DNA from: Nemertoderma westbladi
Lineage: Eukaryota > Animalia > Xenacoelomorpha
DNA: 40,023 nucleotides
NCBI GenBank assembly: GCA_032718475.1
Contig: JAUCBJ010000914.1
Coordinates: 1-40,023 of the forward strand
Reading direction: 5' to 3'
In this document: piece by piece, positions 1 to 15,300 of the stretch
Numbering within the stretch: the first letter of the stretch is position 1
Layout: every line of letters begins with the position of its first letter
The notes under the pieces: generated by a model
The model's input: only the letters and a program-made list of their open reading frames with translations
The model's database searches: none
Told to the model about the DNA's origin: nothing
Translations under genes and position numbers: made by a program

Positions 1-148
1 CATAAAGTTATACTGTACTTGTAATACTATACCGCGTCTATCTTAGCGGAAGTTCAGTACATAAAGTTATACTGTACTTGAAATACTATACCGCGTTTAC
101 CTTAGCGGAAGTTCAGTACATAGAAAATTTAGTACATAAAGTTATACT
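1..148. repeat. 59-bp tandem duplication (2 copies plus a partial third)
   Basis: cataaagttatactgtacttg...cttagcggaagttcagta starts at 1 and 60; partial copy near 135. Confidence 0.85.
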
Positions 149-1175
149 GCATATAGGCCTACTTACTACATACAGCTATACAGTATATTCAATACGAGCT
201 TACAGTACCGAGCTTACGGGAAGTAAATCAAACACAAATAGTACAGAATAGTGTATCATACTGTATGTTACGAGACAATAGGGCGAAATGAGAAAATAAA
301 TGTAAAGAAACAAATACAAAAAAAAATAGTGAATGATGAGATGAATGCTCTAAATTGAACTTACTGTATACTTACCCCACGGTAGGACGCTATGGGACAA
401 AGGACTCTCTCACACAGTTGACTCTGCCGGTAACTTATAAACCCTCACGCAAAAACCGGCTAACTGCAGATTAGGGGGTTTTTTGTGAATATGCAAAATT
501 TATTTAGTTTTTTTTTTTATTTGTTTAATACTGTTGGTCCAACTGCTGCAGATCGCGTCGACTCAATCTGCAGCCGTGGTGCTTCCGTATTAAATATTAT
601 GTTACTGGGATAACAAAATTTTGACGAAAAAAAAAAAATTCGGAATAATTTTGAAAAAAAACAAAACTGAAAAAAAATCGATGTATAATTAAACTTTAGT
701 TATTTCCAGCCAAAATACCTGCAATGTAATAATCGATAGCTGTAAAATAATAATTAGGGTCTACAGTATTGTACCGGTACCCTTCTGATTCAGTCAAAAT
801 ATTCCTATTTGTTACTGTATGGGACCCCCGCTGCATGCGTCTATCCCCACTGCCTCAATGTGAAAGATAACGCCGGCCACCGAAATGCCACAGCCACTCT
901 AGCAACCGCTAGCGTAGTAACCCGTTACTTTACGTCCGTCGGCTACCACACACTTCTAATCCAACAAAGGCCCTTCCCAGTGGCACTTGTTTTCCCGAGG
1001 AGAATGGGCAGAAGGGTACAGGGTACATCAATAGCTACGGACAGGATGGCAATTATTTCCCCCTTTGCTTACGCAGGTGGACAATAACATCAATATCAAA
1101 GAATATAATATGTTGTATATTTAGTATTGATTGAAACAAAGGGTTACGTAATTTGTAATATTGATATACACTTAC

Positions 1176-1265
1176 CAACAAATAATTCGTCCGGACGCTA
1201 CCACCCGTTCCTCCTGAATTGCACTGCACTGTAGGCCTTGCGTCTATGAGAAGATCCGCACACAA
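1176..1265 (-). CDS. Possible 90-nt phase 0/0 exon (LCADLLIDARPTVQCNSGGTGGSVRTNYLL); might be a distal exon of the FRS2-like gene
   Basis: Minus strand atatttag|TTG...TTG|gtaagt; only frame 0 is open; GC-richer than its flanks; phase matches the donor at 16189. No recognisable homology. Confidence 0.3.
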
Positions 1266-1815
1266 CTAAATATTACAGCATAAAACTTAACTTAACTAGA
1301 TAATACGGCCACATTGGACTACGTAATACTTGAAATAATAAACAATGGAGGGATGTAAATATTATGTCTGACTGTAAAATACGTTGTAATTGTAAGATTT
1401 TAATAGCACAAGTGTAAATGATAATTTGTAATTTAACTGTCTGAACCTGAACCTGAACCTGAACCTGGTAACAAATAAGAGTAAATTACCATCCCTCCAA
1501 AACTAATTAAAGCTACCAACAGAGTCAACTGAATAACAAGGAGAGAGTGCAAATAAATTGTTGTTACTGCTATTATATAGTATAAGAGTTGACCTCTATA
1601 ATTACTTATTACCATTAGGAACTGAGCAACATAATTGGCTGTAATAATAACGGCATTAATAATCTGATGCAGGGCCAATCAGAGGACGGCTTCTGCTGAA
1701 TAGGTATGTCGAATAGAGTGTACCGTAATATATTGGCATTGTTACTGAACATAATTGGTGTGTAATGTATAAATATAAATTGGATCTGAGATTCATAGAC
1801 GCTCTACCATTACAC

Positions 1816-4800
1816 TTGGATCCGTCCAACATCTCCAATCTTGGATCCGTCCAACATCCAATCTTGGATCTATCCCACTCCAACAATCTTGGATCCGTCC
1901 AACATCTCCAATCTTGGATCCGTCCAACATCTCCAATCTTGGACCCGTCCACCATCCAATCTTGGATCCGCCCAACATCCAATCTTGGATCCGTCCAACA
2001 TCTCCAATCTTGGATCCGTCCAACATCTCCAATCTTGGATCCGTCCAACATCTCCAATGTTGGATCCGTCCAACATCTCCAATCTTGGATCCGTCCAACA
2101 TCTCCAATCTTGGATCCGTCCAACATCTCCAATCTTGGATCCGTCCAACATCCAATCTTGGATCCGCCCAACATCCAATCTTGGATCCGTCCAACATCCA
2201 ATCTTGGATCCGTCCAACATCTCCAATCTTGGATCCGTCCAACATCCAATCTTGGATCCGTTCATCATCCAATCTTGGATCCGTCCACCTATATTTGATC
2301 CGTCCAAACAATCTTGGATCCGTCCATCATCCAATCTTGGATCTGTCCAACAATCTTGGATCCGTCCAACAATCTTGGATCCGTCCAAACAATCTTGGAT
2401 CCGTCCACCATCCAATCTTGGATCTGTCCAACAATCTTGGATCCGTCCAACAATCTTGGATCCGTCCACCATCCAATCTTGGATCTGTCCAACAATCTTG
2501 GATCCGTCCAACAATCTTGGATCCGTCCACCATCCAATCTTGGATGAGTCCAACAATCTTGGACCCGTCCAACATCCAATCTTGGACCCGTCCAAACAAT
2601 CTTGGATCCGTCCATCATCCAATCTTGGATCCGTCCAAACAATCTTGGATCCGTCCACCATCCAATCTTGGATCTGTCCAACAATCTTGGATCCGTCCAA
2701 CAATCTTGGATCCGTCCACCATCCAATCTTGGATCTGTCCAACAATCTTGGATCCGTCCAACAATCTTGGATCCGTCCACCATCCAATCTTGGATCTGTC
2801 CAACAATCTTGGATCCGTCCAACAATCTTGGATCCGTCCAACATCCAATCTTGGATGAGTCCAACAATCTTGGACCCGTCCAACATCCAATCTTGGACCC
2901 GTCCAAACAATCTTGGATCCGTCCAACAATCTTGGACCCGCCCAACATCCAATCTTGGATCTGTCCAACATCCAATCTTGGACCCGTCCAACATCCAATC
3001 TTGGACCCGTCCAACATCCAATCTTGGATCTGTCTAACAATCTTGGATCCGTCCAACAATCTTGGATCCGTCCACCATCCAATCTTGGATCTGTCCAACA
3101 ATCTTGGATCCGTCCAACAATCTTGGATCCGTCCACCATCCAATCTTGGACCCGTCCAAACAATCTTGGATCCGTCCAACAATCTTGGATCCGTCCATCA
3201 TCCAATCTTGGATCTGTCCAACAATCTTGGATCCGTCCACCATCCAATCTTGGATCTGTCCAACAATCTTGGATCCGTCCAACAATCTTGGATCCGTCCA
3301 ACATCCAATCTTGGATGAGTCCAACAATCTTGGACCCGTCCACCATCCAATCTTGGATCTGTCCAACAATCTTGGATCCGTCCACCATCCAATCTTGGAT
3401 CTGTCCAACAATCTTGGATCCGTCCAACAATCTTGGATCCGTCCAACATCCAATCTTGGATGAGTCCAACAATCTTGGACCCGTCCACCATCCAATCTTG
3501 GATCTGTCCAACAATCTTGGATCCGTCCAACAATCTTGGACCCGTCCAACATCCAATCTTGGACCCGTCCAAACAATCTTGGATCCGTCCAACAATCTTG
3601 GACCCGCCCAACATCCAATCTTGGACCCGTCCAACATCCAATCTTGGACCCGTCCAACATCCAATCTTGGACCCGTCCAACATCCAATCTTGGACCCGTC
3701 CAACATCTCCAATCTTGGATCCGTCCAACATCTCCAATCTTGGATCCGTCCAACATCTCCAATCTTGGATCCGTCCAACATCTCCAATCTTGGATCCGTC
3801 CAACATCTCCAATCTTGGATCCGTCCAACATCTCCAATCTTGGATCCGTCCAACATCTCCAATCTTGGATCCGTCCAACATCTCCAATCTTGGATCCGTC
3901 CAACATCCAATCTTGGATCTATCCCACTCCAACAATCTTGGATCCGTCCAACATCTCCAATCTTGGATCCGTCCAACATCTCCAATCTTGGACCCGTCCA
4001 CCATCCAATCTTGGATCCGCCCAACATCCAATCTTGGATCCGTCCAACATCTCCAATCTTGGATCCGTCCAACATCTCCAATCTTGGATCCGTCCAACAT
4101 CTCCAATGTTGGATCCGTCCAACATCTCCAATCTTGGATCCGTCCAACATCTCCAATCTTGGATCCGTCCAACATCTCCAATCTTGGATCCGTCCAACAT
4201 CCAATCTTGGATCCGCCCAACATCCAATCTTGGATCCGTCCAACATCCAATCTTGGATCCGTCCAACATCTCCAATCTTGGATCCGTCCAACATCCAATC
4301 TTGGATCCGTTCATCATCCAATCTTGGATCCGTCCACCTATATTTGATCCGTCCAAACAATCTTGGATCCGTCCATCATCCAATCTTGGATCTGTCCAAC
4401 AATCTTGGATCCGTCCAACAATCTTGGATCCGTCCAAACAATCTTGGATCCGTCCACCATCCAATCTTGGATCTGTCCAACAATCTTGGATCCGTCCAAC
4501 AATCTTGGATCCGTCCACCATCCAATCTTGGATCTGTCCAACAATCTTGGATCCGTCCAACAATCTTGGATCCGTCCACCATCCAATCTTGGATGAGTCC
4601 AACAATCTTGGACCCGTCCAACATCCAATCTTGGACCCGTCCAAACAATCTTGGATCCGTCCATCATCCAATCTTGGATCCGTCCAAACAATCTTGGATC
4701 CGTCCACCATCCAATCTTGGATCTGTCCAACAATCTTGGATCCGTCCAACAATCTTGGATCCGTCCACCATCCAATCTTGGATCTGTCCAACAATCTTGG

Positions 4801-7800
4801 ATCCGTCCAACAATCTTGGATCCGTCCACCATCCAATCTTGGATCTGTCCAACAATCTTGGATCCGTCCAACAATCTTGGTTCCGTCCAACATCCAATCT
4901 TGGATGAGTCCAACAATCTTGGACCCGTCCAACATCCAATCTTGGACCCGTCCAAACAATCTTGGATCCGTCCAACAATCTTGGACCCGCCCAACATCCA
5001 ATCTTGGATCTGTCCAACATCCAATCTTGGACCCGTCCAACATCCAATCTTGGACCCGTCCAACATCCAATCTTGGATCTGTCTAACAATCTTGGATCCG
5101 TCCAACAATCTTGGATCCGTCCACCATCCAATCTTGGATCTGTCCAACAATCTTGGATCCGTCCAACAATCTTGGATCCGTCCACCATCCAATCTTGGAC
5201 CCGTCCAAACAATCTTGGATCCGTCCAACAATCTTGGATCCGTCCATCATCCAATCTTGGATCTGTCCAACAATCTTGGATCCGTCCACCATCCAATCTT
5301 GGATCTGTCCAACAATCTTGGATCCGTCCAACAATCTTGGATCCGTCCAACATCCAATCTTGGATGAGTCCAACAATCTTGGACCCGTCCACCATCCAAT
5401 CTTGGATCTGTCCAACAATCTTGGACCCGTCCACCATCCAATCTTGGATCCGTCCAACATCTCCAATCTTGGATCCGTCCAACATCTCCAATCTTGGATC
5501 CGTCCAACATCTCCAATCTTGGATCCGTCCAACATCTCCAATCTTGGATCCGTCCAACATCTCCAATCTTGGATCCGTCCAACATCTCCAATCTTGGATC
5601 CGTCCAACATCTCCAATCTTGGATCCGTCCAACATCCAATCTTGGATCTATCCCACTCCAACAATCTTGGATCCGTCCAACATCTCCAATCTTGGATCCG
5701 TCCAACATCTCCAATCTTGGACCCGTCCACCATCCAATCTTGGATCCGCCCAACATCCAATCTTGGATCCGTCCAACATCTCCAATCTTGGATCCGTCCA
5801 ACATCTCCAATCTTGGATCCGTCCAACATCTCCAATGTTGGATCCGTCCAACATCTCCAATCTTGGATCCGTCCAACATCTCCAATCTTGGATCCGTCCA
5901 ACATCTCCAATCTTGGATCCGTCCAACATCCAATCTTGGATCCGCCCAACATCCAATCTTGGATCCGTCCAACATCCAATCTTGGATCCGTCCAACATCT
6001 CCAATCTTGGATCCGTCCAACATCCAATCTTGGATCCGTTCATCATCCAATCTTGGATCCGTCCACCTATATTTGATCCGTCCAAACAATCTTGGATCCG
6101 TCCATCATCCAATCTTGGATCTGTCCAACAATCTTGGATCCGTCCAACAATCTTGGATCCGTCCAAACAATCTTGGATCCGTCCACCATCCAATCTTGGA
6201 TCTGTCCAACAATCTTGGATCCGTCCAACAATCTTGGATCCGTCCACCATCCAATCTTGGATCTGTCCAACAATCTTGGATCCGTCCAACAATCTTGGAT
6301 CCGTCCACCATCCAATCTTGGATGAGTCCAACAATCTTGGACCCGTCCAACATCCAATCTTGGACCCGTCCAAACAATCTTGGATCCGTCCATCATCCAA
6401 TCTTGGATCCGTCCAAACAATCTTGGATCCGTCCACCATCCAATCTTGGATCTGTCCAACAATCTTGGATCCGTCCAACAATCTTGGATCCGTCCACCAT
6501 CCAATCTTGGATCTGTCCAACAATCTTGGATCCGTCCAACAATCTTGGATCCGTCCACCATCCAATCTTGGATCTGTCCAACAATCTTGGATCCGTCCAA
6601 CAATCTTGGATCCGTCCAACATCCAATCTTGGATGAGTCCAACAATCTTGGACCCGTCCAACATCCAATCTTGGACCCGTCCAAACAATCTTGGATCCGT
6701 CCAACAATCTTGGACCCGCCCAACATCCAATCTTGGATCTGTCCAACATCCAATCTTGGACCCGTCCAACATCCAATCTTGGACCCGTCCAACATCCAAT
6801 CTTGGATCTGTCTAACAATCTTGGATCCGTCCAACAATCTTGGATCCGTCCACCATCCAATCTTGGATCTGTCCAACAATCTTGGATCCGTCCAACAATC
6901 TTGGATCCGTCCACCATCCAATCTTGGACCCGTCCAAACAATCTTGGATCCGTCCAACAATCTTGGATCCGTCCATCATCCAATCTTGGATCTGTCCAAC
7001 AATCTTGGATCCGTCCACCATCCAATCTTGGATCTGTCCAACAATCTTGGATCCGTCCAACAATCTTGGATCCGTCCAACATCCAATCTTGGATGAGTCC
7101 AACAATCTTGGACCCGTCCACCATCCAATCTTGGATCTGTCCAACAATCTTGGATCCGTCCACCATCCAATCTTGGATCTGTCCAACAATCTTGGATCCG
7201 TCCAACAATCTTGGATCCGTCCAACATCCAATCTTGGATGAGTCCAACAATCTTGGACCCGTCCACCATCCAATCTTGGATCTGTCCAACAATCTTGGAT
7301 CCGTCCAACAATCTTGGACCCGTCCAACATCCAATCTTGGACCCGTCCAAACAATCTTGGATCCGTCCAACAATCTTGGACCCGCCCAACATCCAATCTT
7401 GGATCTGTCCAACATCCAATCTTGGACCCGTCCAACATCCAATCTTGGATCTGTCCAACAATCTTGGATCCGTCCAACAATCTTGGATCCGTCCACCATC
7501 CAATCTTGGATCTGTCCAACAATCTTGGATCCGTCCAACAATCTTGGATCCGTCCACCATCCAATCTTGGATGAGTCCAACAATCTTGGATCCGTCCACC
7601 ATCCAATCTTGGATCTGTCCAACAATCTTGGATCCGTCCAACAATCTTGGATCCGTCCACCATCCAATCTTGGACCCGTCCAAACAATCTTGGATCCGTC
7701 CAACAATCTTGGATCTGTCCAACAATCTTGGATCCGTCCAACAATCTTGGATCCGTCCACCATCCAATCTTGGATGAGTCCAACAATCTTGGATCCGTCC

Positions 7801-10800
7801 ACCATCCAATCTTGGATCTGTCCAACAATCTTGGATCCGTCCAACAATCTTGGACCCGTCCAACATCCAATCTTGGACCCGTCCAACATCCAATCTTGGA
7901 TCTGTCCAACAATCTTGGATCCGTCCAACAATCTTGGATCCGTCCACCATCCAATCTTGGATCTGTCCAACAATCTTGGATCCGTCCAACAATCTTGGAT
8001 CCGTCCACCATCCAATCTTGGATGAGTCCAACAATCTTGGATCCGTCCACCATCCAATCTTGGATCTGTCCAACAATCTTGGATCTGTCCAACAATCTTG
8101 GATCTGTCCAACAATCTTGGATCCGTCCAACAATCTTGGATCTGTCCAACAATCTTGGATCCGTCCAACAATCTTGGATCCGTCCACCATCCAATCTTGG
8201 ATCCGTCCAACAATCTTGGATCTGTCCAACAATCTTGGATCCGTCCAACAATCTTGGATCTGTCCAACAATCTTGGATCCGTCCAACAATCTTGGATCCG
8301 TCCACCATCCAATCTTGGATCTGTCCAACAATCTTGGATCCGTCCAACAATCTTGGATCCGTCCACCATCCAATCTTGGATGAGTCCAACAATCTTGGAT
8401 CCGTCCACCATCCAATCTTGGATCTGTCCAACAATCTTGGATCCGTCCAACAATCTTGGATCTGTCCAACAATCTTGGATCCGTCCAACAATCTTGGATC
8501 CGTCCACCATCCAATCTTGGATGAGTCCAACAATCTTGGATCCGTCCACCATCCAATCTTGGATCTGTCCAACAATCTTGGATCCGTCCAACAATCTTGG
8601 ACCCGTCCAACATCCAATCTTGGACCCGTCCAAACAATCTTGGATCCGTCCATCATCCAATCTTGGATCTGTCCAACAATCTTGGATCCGTCCACCATCC
8701 AATCTTGGATCTGTCCAACAATCTTGGATCCGTCCAACAATCTTGGATCCGTCCAACATCCAATCTTGGATGAGTCCAACAATCTTGGACCCGTCCACCA
8801 TCCAATCTTGGATCTGTCCAACAATCTTGGATCCGTCCAACAATCTTGGATCCGTCCATCATCCAATCTTGGATCTGTCCAACAATCATGGATCCGTCCA
8901 CCATCCAATCTTGGATCTGTCCAACAATCTTGGATCCGTCCAACAATCTTGGATCCGTCCAACATCCAATCTTGGATGAGTCCAAGAATCTTGGACCCGT
9001 CCACCATCCAATCTTGGATCTGTCCAACAATCTTGGATCCGTCCAACAATCTTGGATCCGTCCACCATCCAATCTTGGATCTGTCCAACAATCTTGGATC
9101 CGTCCAACAATCTTGGATCCGTCCAACATCCAATCTTGGATGAGTCCAACAATCTTGGACCCGTCCACCATCCAATCTTGGATCTGTCCAACAATCTTGG
9201 ATCCGTCCAACAATCTTGGATCCGTCCACCATCCAATCTTGGATCTGTCCAACAATCTTGGATCCGTCCAACAATCTTGGATCCGTCCAACATCCAATCT
9301 TGGATGAGTCCAACAATCTTGGACCCGTCCACCATCCAATCTTGGATCTGTCCAACAATCTTGGATCCGTCCAACAATCTTGGATCTGTCCAACATCCAA
9401 TATTGGACCCGTCCAACATCCAATCTTGGATCTGTCCAACAATCTTGGATCCGTCCAACAATCTTGGATCCGTCCACCATCCAATCTTGGATCTGTCCAA
9501 CAATCTTGGATCCGTCCAACAATCTTGGATCCGTCCATCATCCAATCTTGGATCTGTCCAACAATCTTGGATCCGTCCACCATCCAATCTTGGATCTGTC
9601 CAACAATCTTGGATCCGTCCAACAATCTTGGATCCGTCCAACATCCAATCTTGGATGAGTCCAACAATCTTGGACCCGTCCACCATCCAATCTTGGATCT
9701 GTCCAACAATCTTGGATCCGTCCAACAATCTTGGATCCGTCCACCATCCAATCTTGGATCTGTCCAACAATCTTGGATCCGTCCAACAATCTTGGATCCG
9801 TCCAACATCCAATCTTGGATGAGTCCAACAATCTTGGACCCGTCCACCATCCAATCTTGGATCTGTCCAACAATCTTGGATCCGTCCAACAATCTTGGAT
9901 CCGTCCACCATCCAATCTTGGATGAGTCCAACAATCTTGGACCCGTCCAACATCCAATCTTGGACCCGTCCAAACAATCTTGGATCCGTCCATCATCCAA
10001 TCTTGGATCTGTCCAACAATCTTGGATCCGTCCAACATCCAATCTTGGACCCGTCCAAACAATCTTGGATCCGTCCATCATCCAATCTTGGATCTGTCCA
10101 ACAATCTTGGATCCGTCCACCATCCAATCTTGGATCTGTCCAACAATCTTGGACCCGTCCAACATCCAATCTTGGACCCGTCCAAACAATCTTGGATCCG
10201 TCCATCATCCAATCTTGGATCCGTCCACCATCCAATCTTGGACCCGTCCAACATCCAATCTTGGACCCGTCCAAACAATCTTGGATCCGTCCAACATCCA
10301 ATCTTGGACCCGTCCAAACAATCTTGGACCCGTCCAAACAATCTTGGATCCGTCCATCATCCAATCTTGGATCTGTCCAACAATCTTGGATCCGTCCAAC
10401 AATCTTGGATCCGTCCAACATCCAATCTTGGATCCGTCCACCATCCAATCTTGGATCTGTCCAACAATCTTGGATCCGTCCAACAATCTTGGATCCGTCC
10501 ACCATCCAATCTTGGATGAGTCCAACAATCTTGGACCCGTCCAACATCCAATCTTGGACCCGTCCAAATAATCTTGGATCCGTCCATCATCCAATCTTGG
10601 ATCTGTCCAACAATCTTGGATCCGTCCATCATCCAATCTTGGATCTGTCCAACAATCTTGGATCCGTCCAACATCCAATCTTGGATCCGTCCACCATCCA
10701 ATCTTGGATCTGTCCAACAATCTTGGATCCGTCCAACAATCTTGGATCCGTCCACCATCCAATCTTGGATGAGTCCAACAATCTTGGACCCGTCCAACAT

Positions 10801-13800
10801 CCAATCTTGGACCCGTCCAAACAATCTTGGATCCGTCCATCATCCAATCTTGGATCTGTCCAACAATCTTGGATCCGTCCAACAATCTTGGATCCGTCCA
10901 CCATCCAATCTTGGATCTGTCCAACAATCTTGGATCCGTCCAACAATCTTGGATCCGTCCACCATCCAATCTTGGATCTGTCCAACAATCTTGGATCCGT
11001 CCAACAATCTTGGATCCGTCCACCATCCAATCTTGGATGAGTCCAACAATCTTGGACCCGTCCAACATCCAATCTTGGACCCGTCCAAACAATCTTGGAT
11101 CCGTCCATCATCCAATCTTGGATCTGTCCAACAATCTTGGATCCGTCCAACAATCTTGGATCCGTCCACCATCCAATCTTGGATGAGTCCAACAATCTTG
11201 GACCCGTCCACCATCCAATCTTGGATCTGTCCAACAATCTTGGATCCGTCCAACAATCTTGGATCCGTCCACCATCCAATCTTGGATGAGTCCAACAATC
11301 TTGGACCCGTCCAACATCCAATCTTGGACCCGTCCAAACAATCTTGGATCCGTCCATCATCCAATCTTGGATCTGTCCAACAATCTTGGATCCGTCCATC
11401 ATCCAATCTTGGATCTGTCCAACAATCTTGGATCCGTCCAACAATCTTGGATCCGTCCACCATCCAATCTTGGATGAGTCCAACAATCTTGGACCCGTCC
11501 AACATCCAATCTTGGACCCGTCCAAACAATCTTGGATCCGTCCATCATCCAATCTTGGATCTGTCCAACAATCTTGGATCCGTCCAACAATCTTGGATCC
11601 GTCCACCATCCAATCTTGGATGAGTCCAACAATCTTGGACCCGTCCACCATCCAATCTTGGATCTGTCCAACAATCTTGGATCCGTCCAACAATCTTGGA
11701 TCCGTCCACCATCCAATCTTGGATGAGTCCAACAATCTTGGACCCGTCCAACATCCAATCTTGGACCCGTCCAAACAATCTTGGATCCGTCCATCATCCA
11801 ATCTTGGATCTGTCCAACAATCTTGGACCCATCCAACATCCAATCTTGGATATGTCCAACAATCTTGGATCTGTCCAACAATCTTGGATCCGTCCAAACA
11901 ATCTTGGATCCGTCCATCATCCAATCTTGGATGAGTCCAACAATCTTGGATCCGCCCAACATCCAATCTTGGATCCGTCCAACATCCAATCTTGGATCCG
12001 TCCAACATCCAATCTTGGACCCGTCCAACATCCAATCTTGGATCCGTCCAACAATCTTGGATCCGTCCAAACAATCTTGGATCCGTCCATCATCCAATCT
12101 TGGATCTATCCCACTCCAACAATCTTGGATCCGCCCAACATCCAATCTTGGATCTATCCCACTCCAACAATCTTGGATCCGCCCAACATCCAATCTTAGA
12201 TCCGTCCAACATCTCCAATCTTGGATCCGTCCAACATCCAATCTTGGATCCGTCCAACATCCAATCTTGGATCCGTCCAACATCCAATCTTGGACCCGTC
12301 CAACATCCAATCTTGGATCCGTCCAACAATCTTGGATCCGTGCAAACAATCTTGGATCCGTCCATCATCCAATCTTGGATCTACTCAACTCCAACAATCT
12401 TGGATCCGTCCATCATCCAATCTTGGATCTATCCCACTCCAACAATCTTGGATCCGCCCAACATCCAATCTTGGATCCGTCCAACATCCAATCTTGGATC
12501 CGTCCAACATCCAATCTTGGACCCGTCCAACATCCAATCTTGGATCCGTCCAACAATCTTGGATCCGTCCAACAATCTTGGATCCGTCCACCATCCAATC
12601 TTGGATCTGTCCAACAATCTTGGATCCGTCCAACAATCTTGGATCCGTCCACCATCCAATCTTGGATCTGTCCAACAATCTTGGATCCGTCCAACATCCA
12701 ATCTTGGATCCGTCCAACATCCAATCTTGGATCCGTCCAACATCCAATCTTGGACCCGTCCAACATCCAATCTTGGATCCGTCCAACATCCAATCTTGGA
12801 TCCGTCCAACATCCAATCTTGGACCCGTCCAACATCCAATCTTGGACCCGTCCAACATCCAATCTTGGATCCGTCCAACAATCTTGGATCCGTCCAACAA
12901 TCTTGGATCCGTCCACCATCCAATCTTGGATCTGTCCAACAATCTTGGATCCGTCCAACAATCTTGGATCCGTCCACCATCCAATCTTGGATCTGTCCAA
13001 CAATCTTGGATCCGTCCAACATCCAATCTTGGATCCGTCCAACATCCAATCTTGGACCCGTCCAACATCCAATCTTGGATCCGTCCAACAATCTTGGATC
13101 CGTCCAACAATCTTGGATCCGTCCAACAATCTTGGATCCGTCCACCATCCAATCTTGGATCTGTCCAACAATCTTGGATCCGTCCACCATCCAATCTTGG
13201 ATCTGTCCAACAATCTTGGATCCGTCCACCATCCAATCTTGGATCCGTCCAACATCTCCAATCTTGGATCCGTCCAACATCTCCAATCTTGGATCCGTCC
13301 AACATCTCCAATCTTGGATCCGTCCAACATCTCCAATCTTGGATCCGTCCAACATCTCCAATCTTGGATCCGTCCAACATCTCCAATCTTGGATCCGTCC
13401 AACATCTCCAATCTTGGATCCGTCCAACATCCAATCTTGGATCTATCCCACTCCAACAATCTTGGATCCGCCCAACATCCAATCTTGGATCCGTCCAACA
13501 TCTCCAATCTTGGATCCGTCCAACATCCAATCTTGGATCCGTCCAACATCCAATCTTGGACCCGTCCAACATCCAATCTTGGATCCGTCCAACAATCTTG
13601 GATCCGTCCAACAATCTTGGATCCGTCCACCATCCAATCTTGGATCTGTCCAACAATCTTGGATCCGTCCAACAATCTTGGATCCGTCCAACAATCTTGG
13701 ATCCGTCCACCATCCAATCTTGGATCCGTCCACCATCCAATCTTGGATCCGTCCAACATCCAATCTTGGATCCGTCCAACATCTCCAATCTTGGATCCGT

Positions 13801-15300
13801 CCAACATCCAATCTTGGATCCGTCCAACATCCAATCTTGGACCCGTCCAACATCCAATCTTGGATCCGTCCAACAATCTTGGATCCGTCCAACAATCTTG
13901 GATCCGTCCACCATCCAATCTTGGATCTGTCCAACAATCTTGGATCCGTCCACCATCCAATCTTGGATCTGTCCAACAATCTTGGATCCGTCCACCATCC
14001 AATCTTGGATCCGTCCAACATCTCCAATCTTGGATCCGTCCAACATCTCCAATCTTGGATCCGTCCAACATCTCCAATCTTGGATCCGTCCAACATCCAA
14101 TCTTGGATCGCCCAACATCCAATCTTGGATCCGTCCAACATCCAATCTTGGATCCGTCCAACATCTCCAATCTTGGATCCGTCCAACATCTCCAATCTTG
14201 GATCCGTCCAACATCCAATCTTGGATCCATCCAACATCCAATCTTGGATCCGCCCAACATCCAATCTTGGATCCGTCCAACATCTCCAATCTTGGATCCG
14301 TCCAACATCCAATCTTGGATCCGTCCAACATCCAATCTTGGATCCGTCCAACATCCAATCTTGGATCCGTCCAACATCCAATCTTGGACCCGTCCAACAT
14401 CCAATCTTGGATCCGTCCAACAATCTTGGATCCGTCCAACAATCTTGGATCCGTCCACCATCCAATCTTGGATCTGTCCAACAATCTTGGATCCGTCCAA
14501 CAATCTTGGATCCGTCCAACAATCTTGGATCCGTCCACCATCCAATCTTGGATCCGTCCACCATCCAATCTTGGATCCGTCCAACATCCAATCTTGGATC
14601 CGTCCAACATCTCCAATCTTGGATCCGTCCAACATCCAATCTTGGATCCGTCCAACATCCAATCTTGGACCCGTCCAACATCCAATCTTGGATCCGTCCA
14701 ACAATCTTGGATCCGTCCAACAATCTTGGATCCGTCCACCATCCAATCTTGGATCTGTCCAACAATCTTGGATCCGTCCACCATCCAATCTTGGATCTGT
14801 CCAACAATCTTGGATCCGTCCACCATCCAATCTTGGATCCGTCCAACATCTCCAATCTTGGATCCGTCCAACATCTCCAATCTTGGATCCGTCCAACATC
14901 TCCAATCTTGGATCCGTCCAACATCCAATCTTGGATCGCCCAACATCCAATCTTGGATCCGTCCAACATCCAATCTTGGATCCGTCCAACATCTCCAATC
15001 TTGGATCCGTCCAACATCTCCAATCTTGGATCCGTCCAACATCCAATCTTGGATCCATCCAACATCCAATCTTGGATCCGCCCAACATCCAATCTTGGAT
15101 CCGTCCAACATCTCCAATCTTGGATCCGTCCAACATCCAATCTTGGATCCGTCCAACATCCAATCTTGGATCCGTCCAACATCCAATCTTGGATCCGCCC
15201 AACATCCAATCTTGGATCCGCCCAACATCCAATATTTGACTTATTTTGGTTTTAGTATTTTGGATCCGCCCAACATCCAATCTTGGATCCGCCCAACATC
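1816..15300. repeat. About 13.5-kb satellite array, core CAATCTTGGATCCGTCCAA, with 19/20/23/25-bp monomers and higher-order repeats
   Basis: Continuous tandem monomers with linkers none/A/CATC/CATCTC. Diagnostic variants recur at offsets of 2049, 1729 and 828 bp. Confidence 0.98.

Noticed and set aside
809-1087. 92-aa ORF, and a minus-strand IDACSGGPIQ resembling the trypsin GDSGGP motif
   Set aside because: No recognisable domain; the minus motif lacks GD and is bounded by stops with no other protease motifs.
1816-15300. CRISPR-like array (palindromic repeats with variable intervals)
   Set aside because: No unique spacers, only 0-6 nt linkers from a small fixed set; eukaryotic context; no cas genes.
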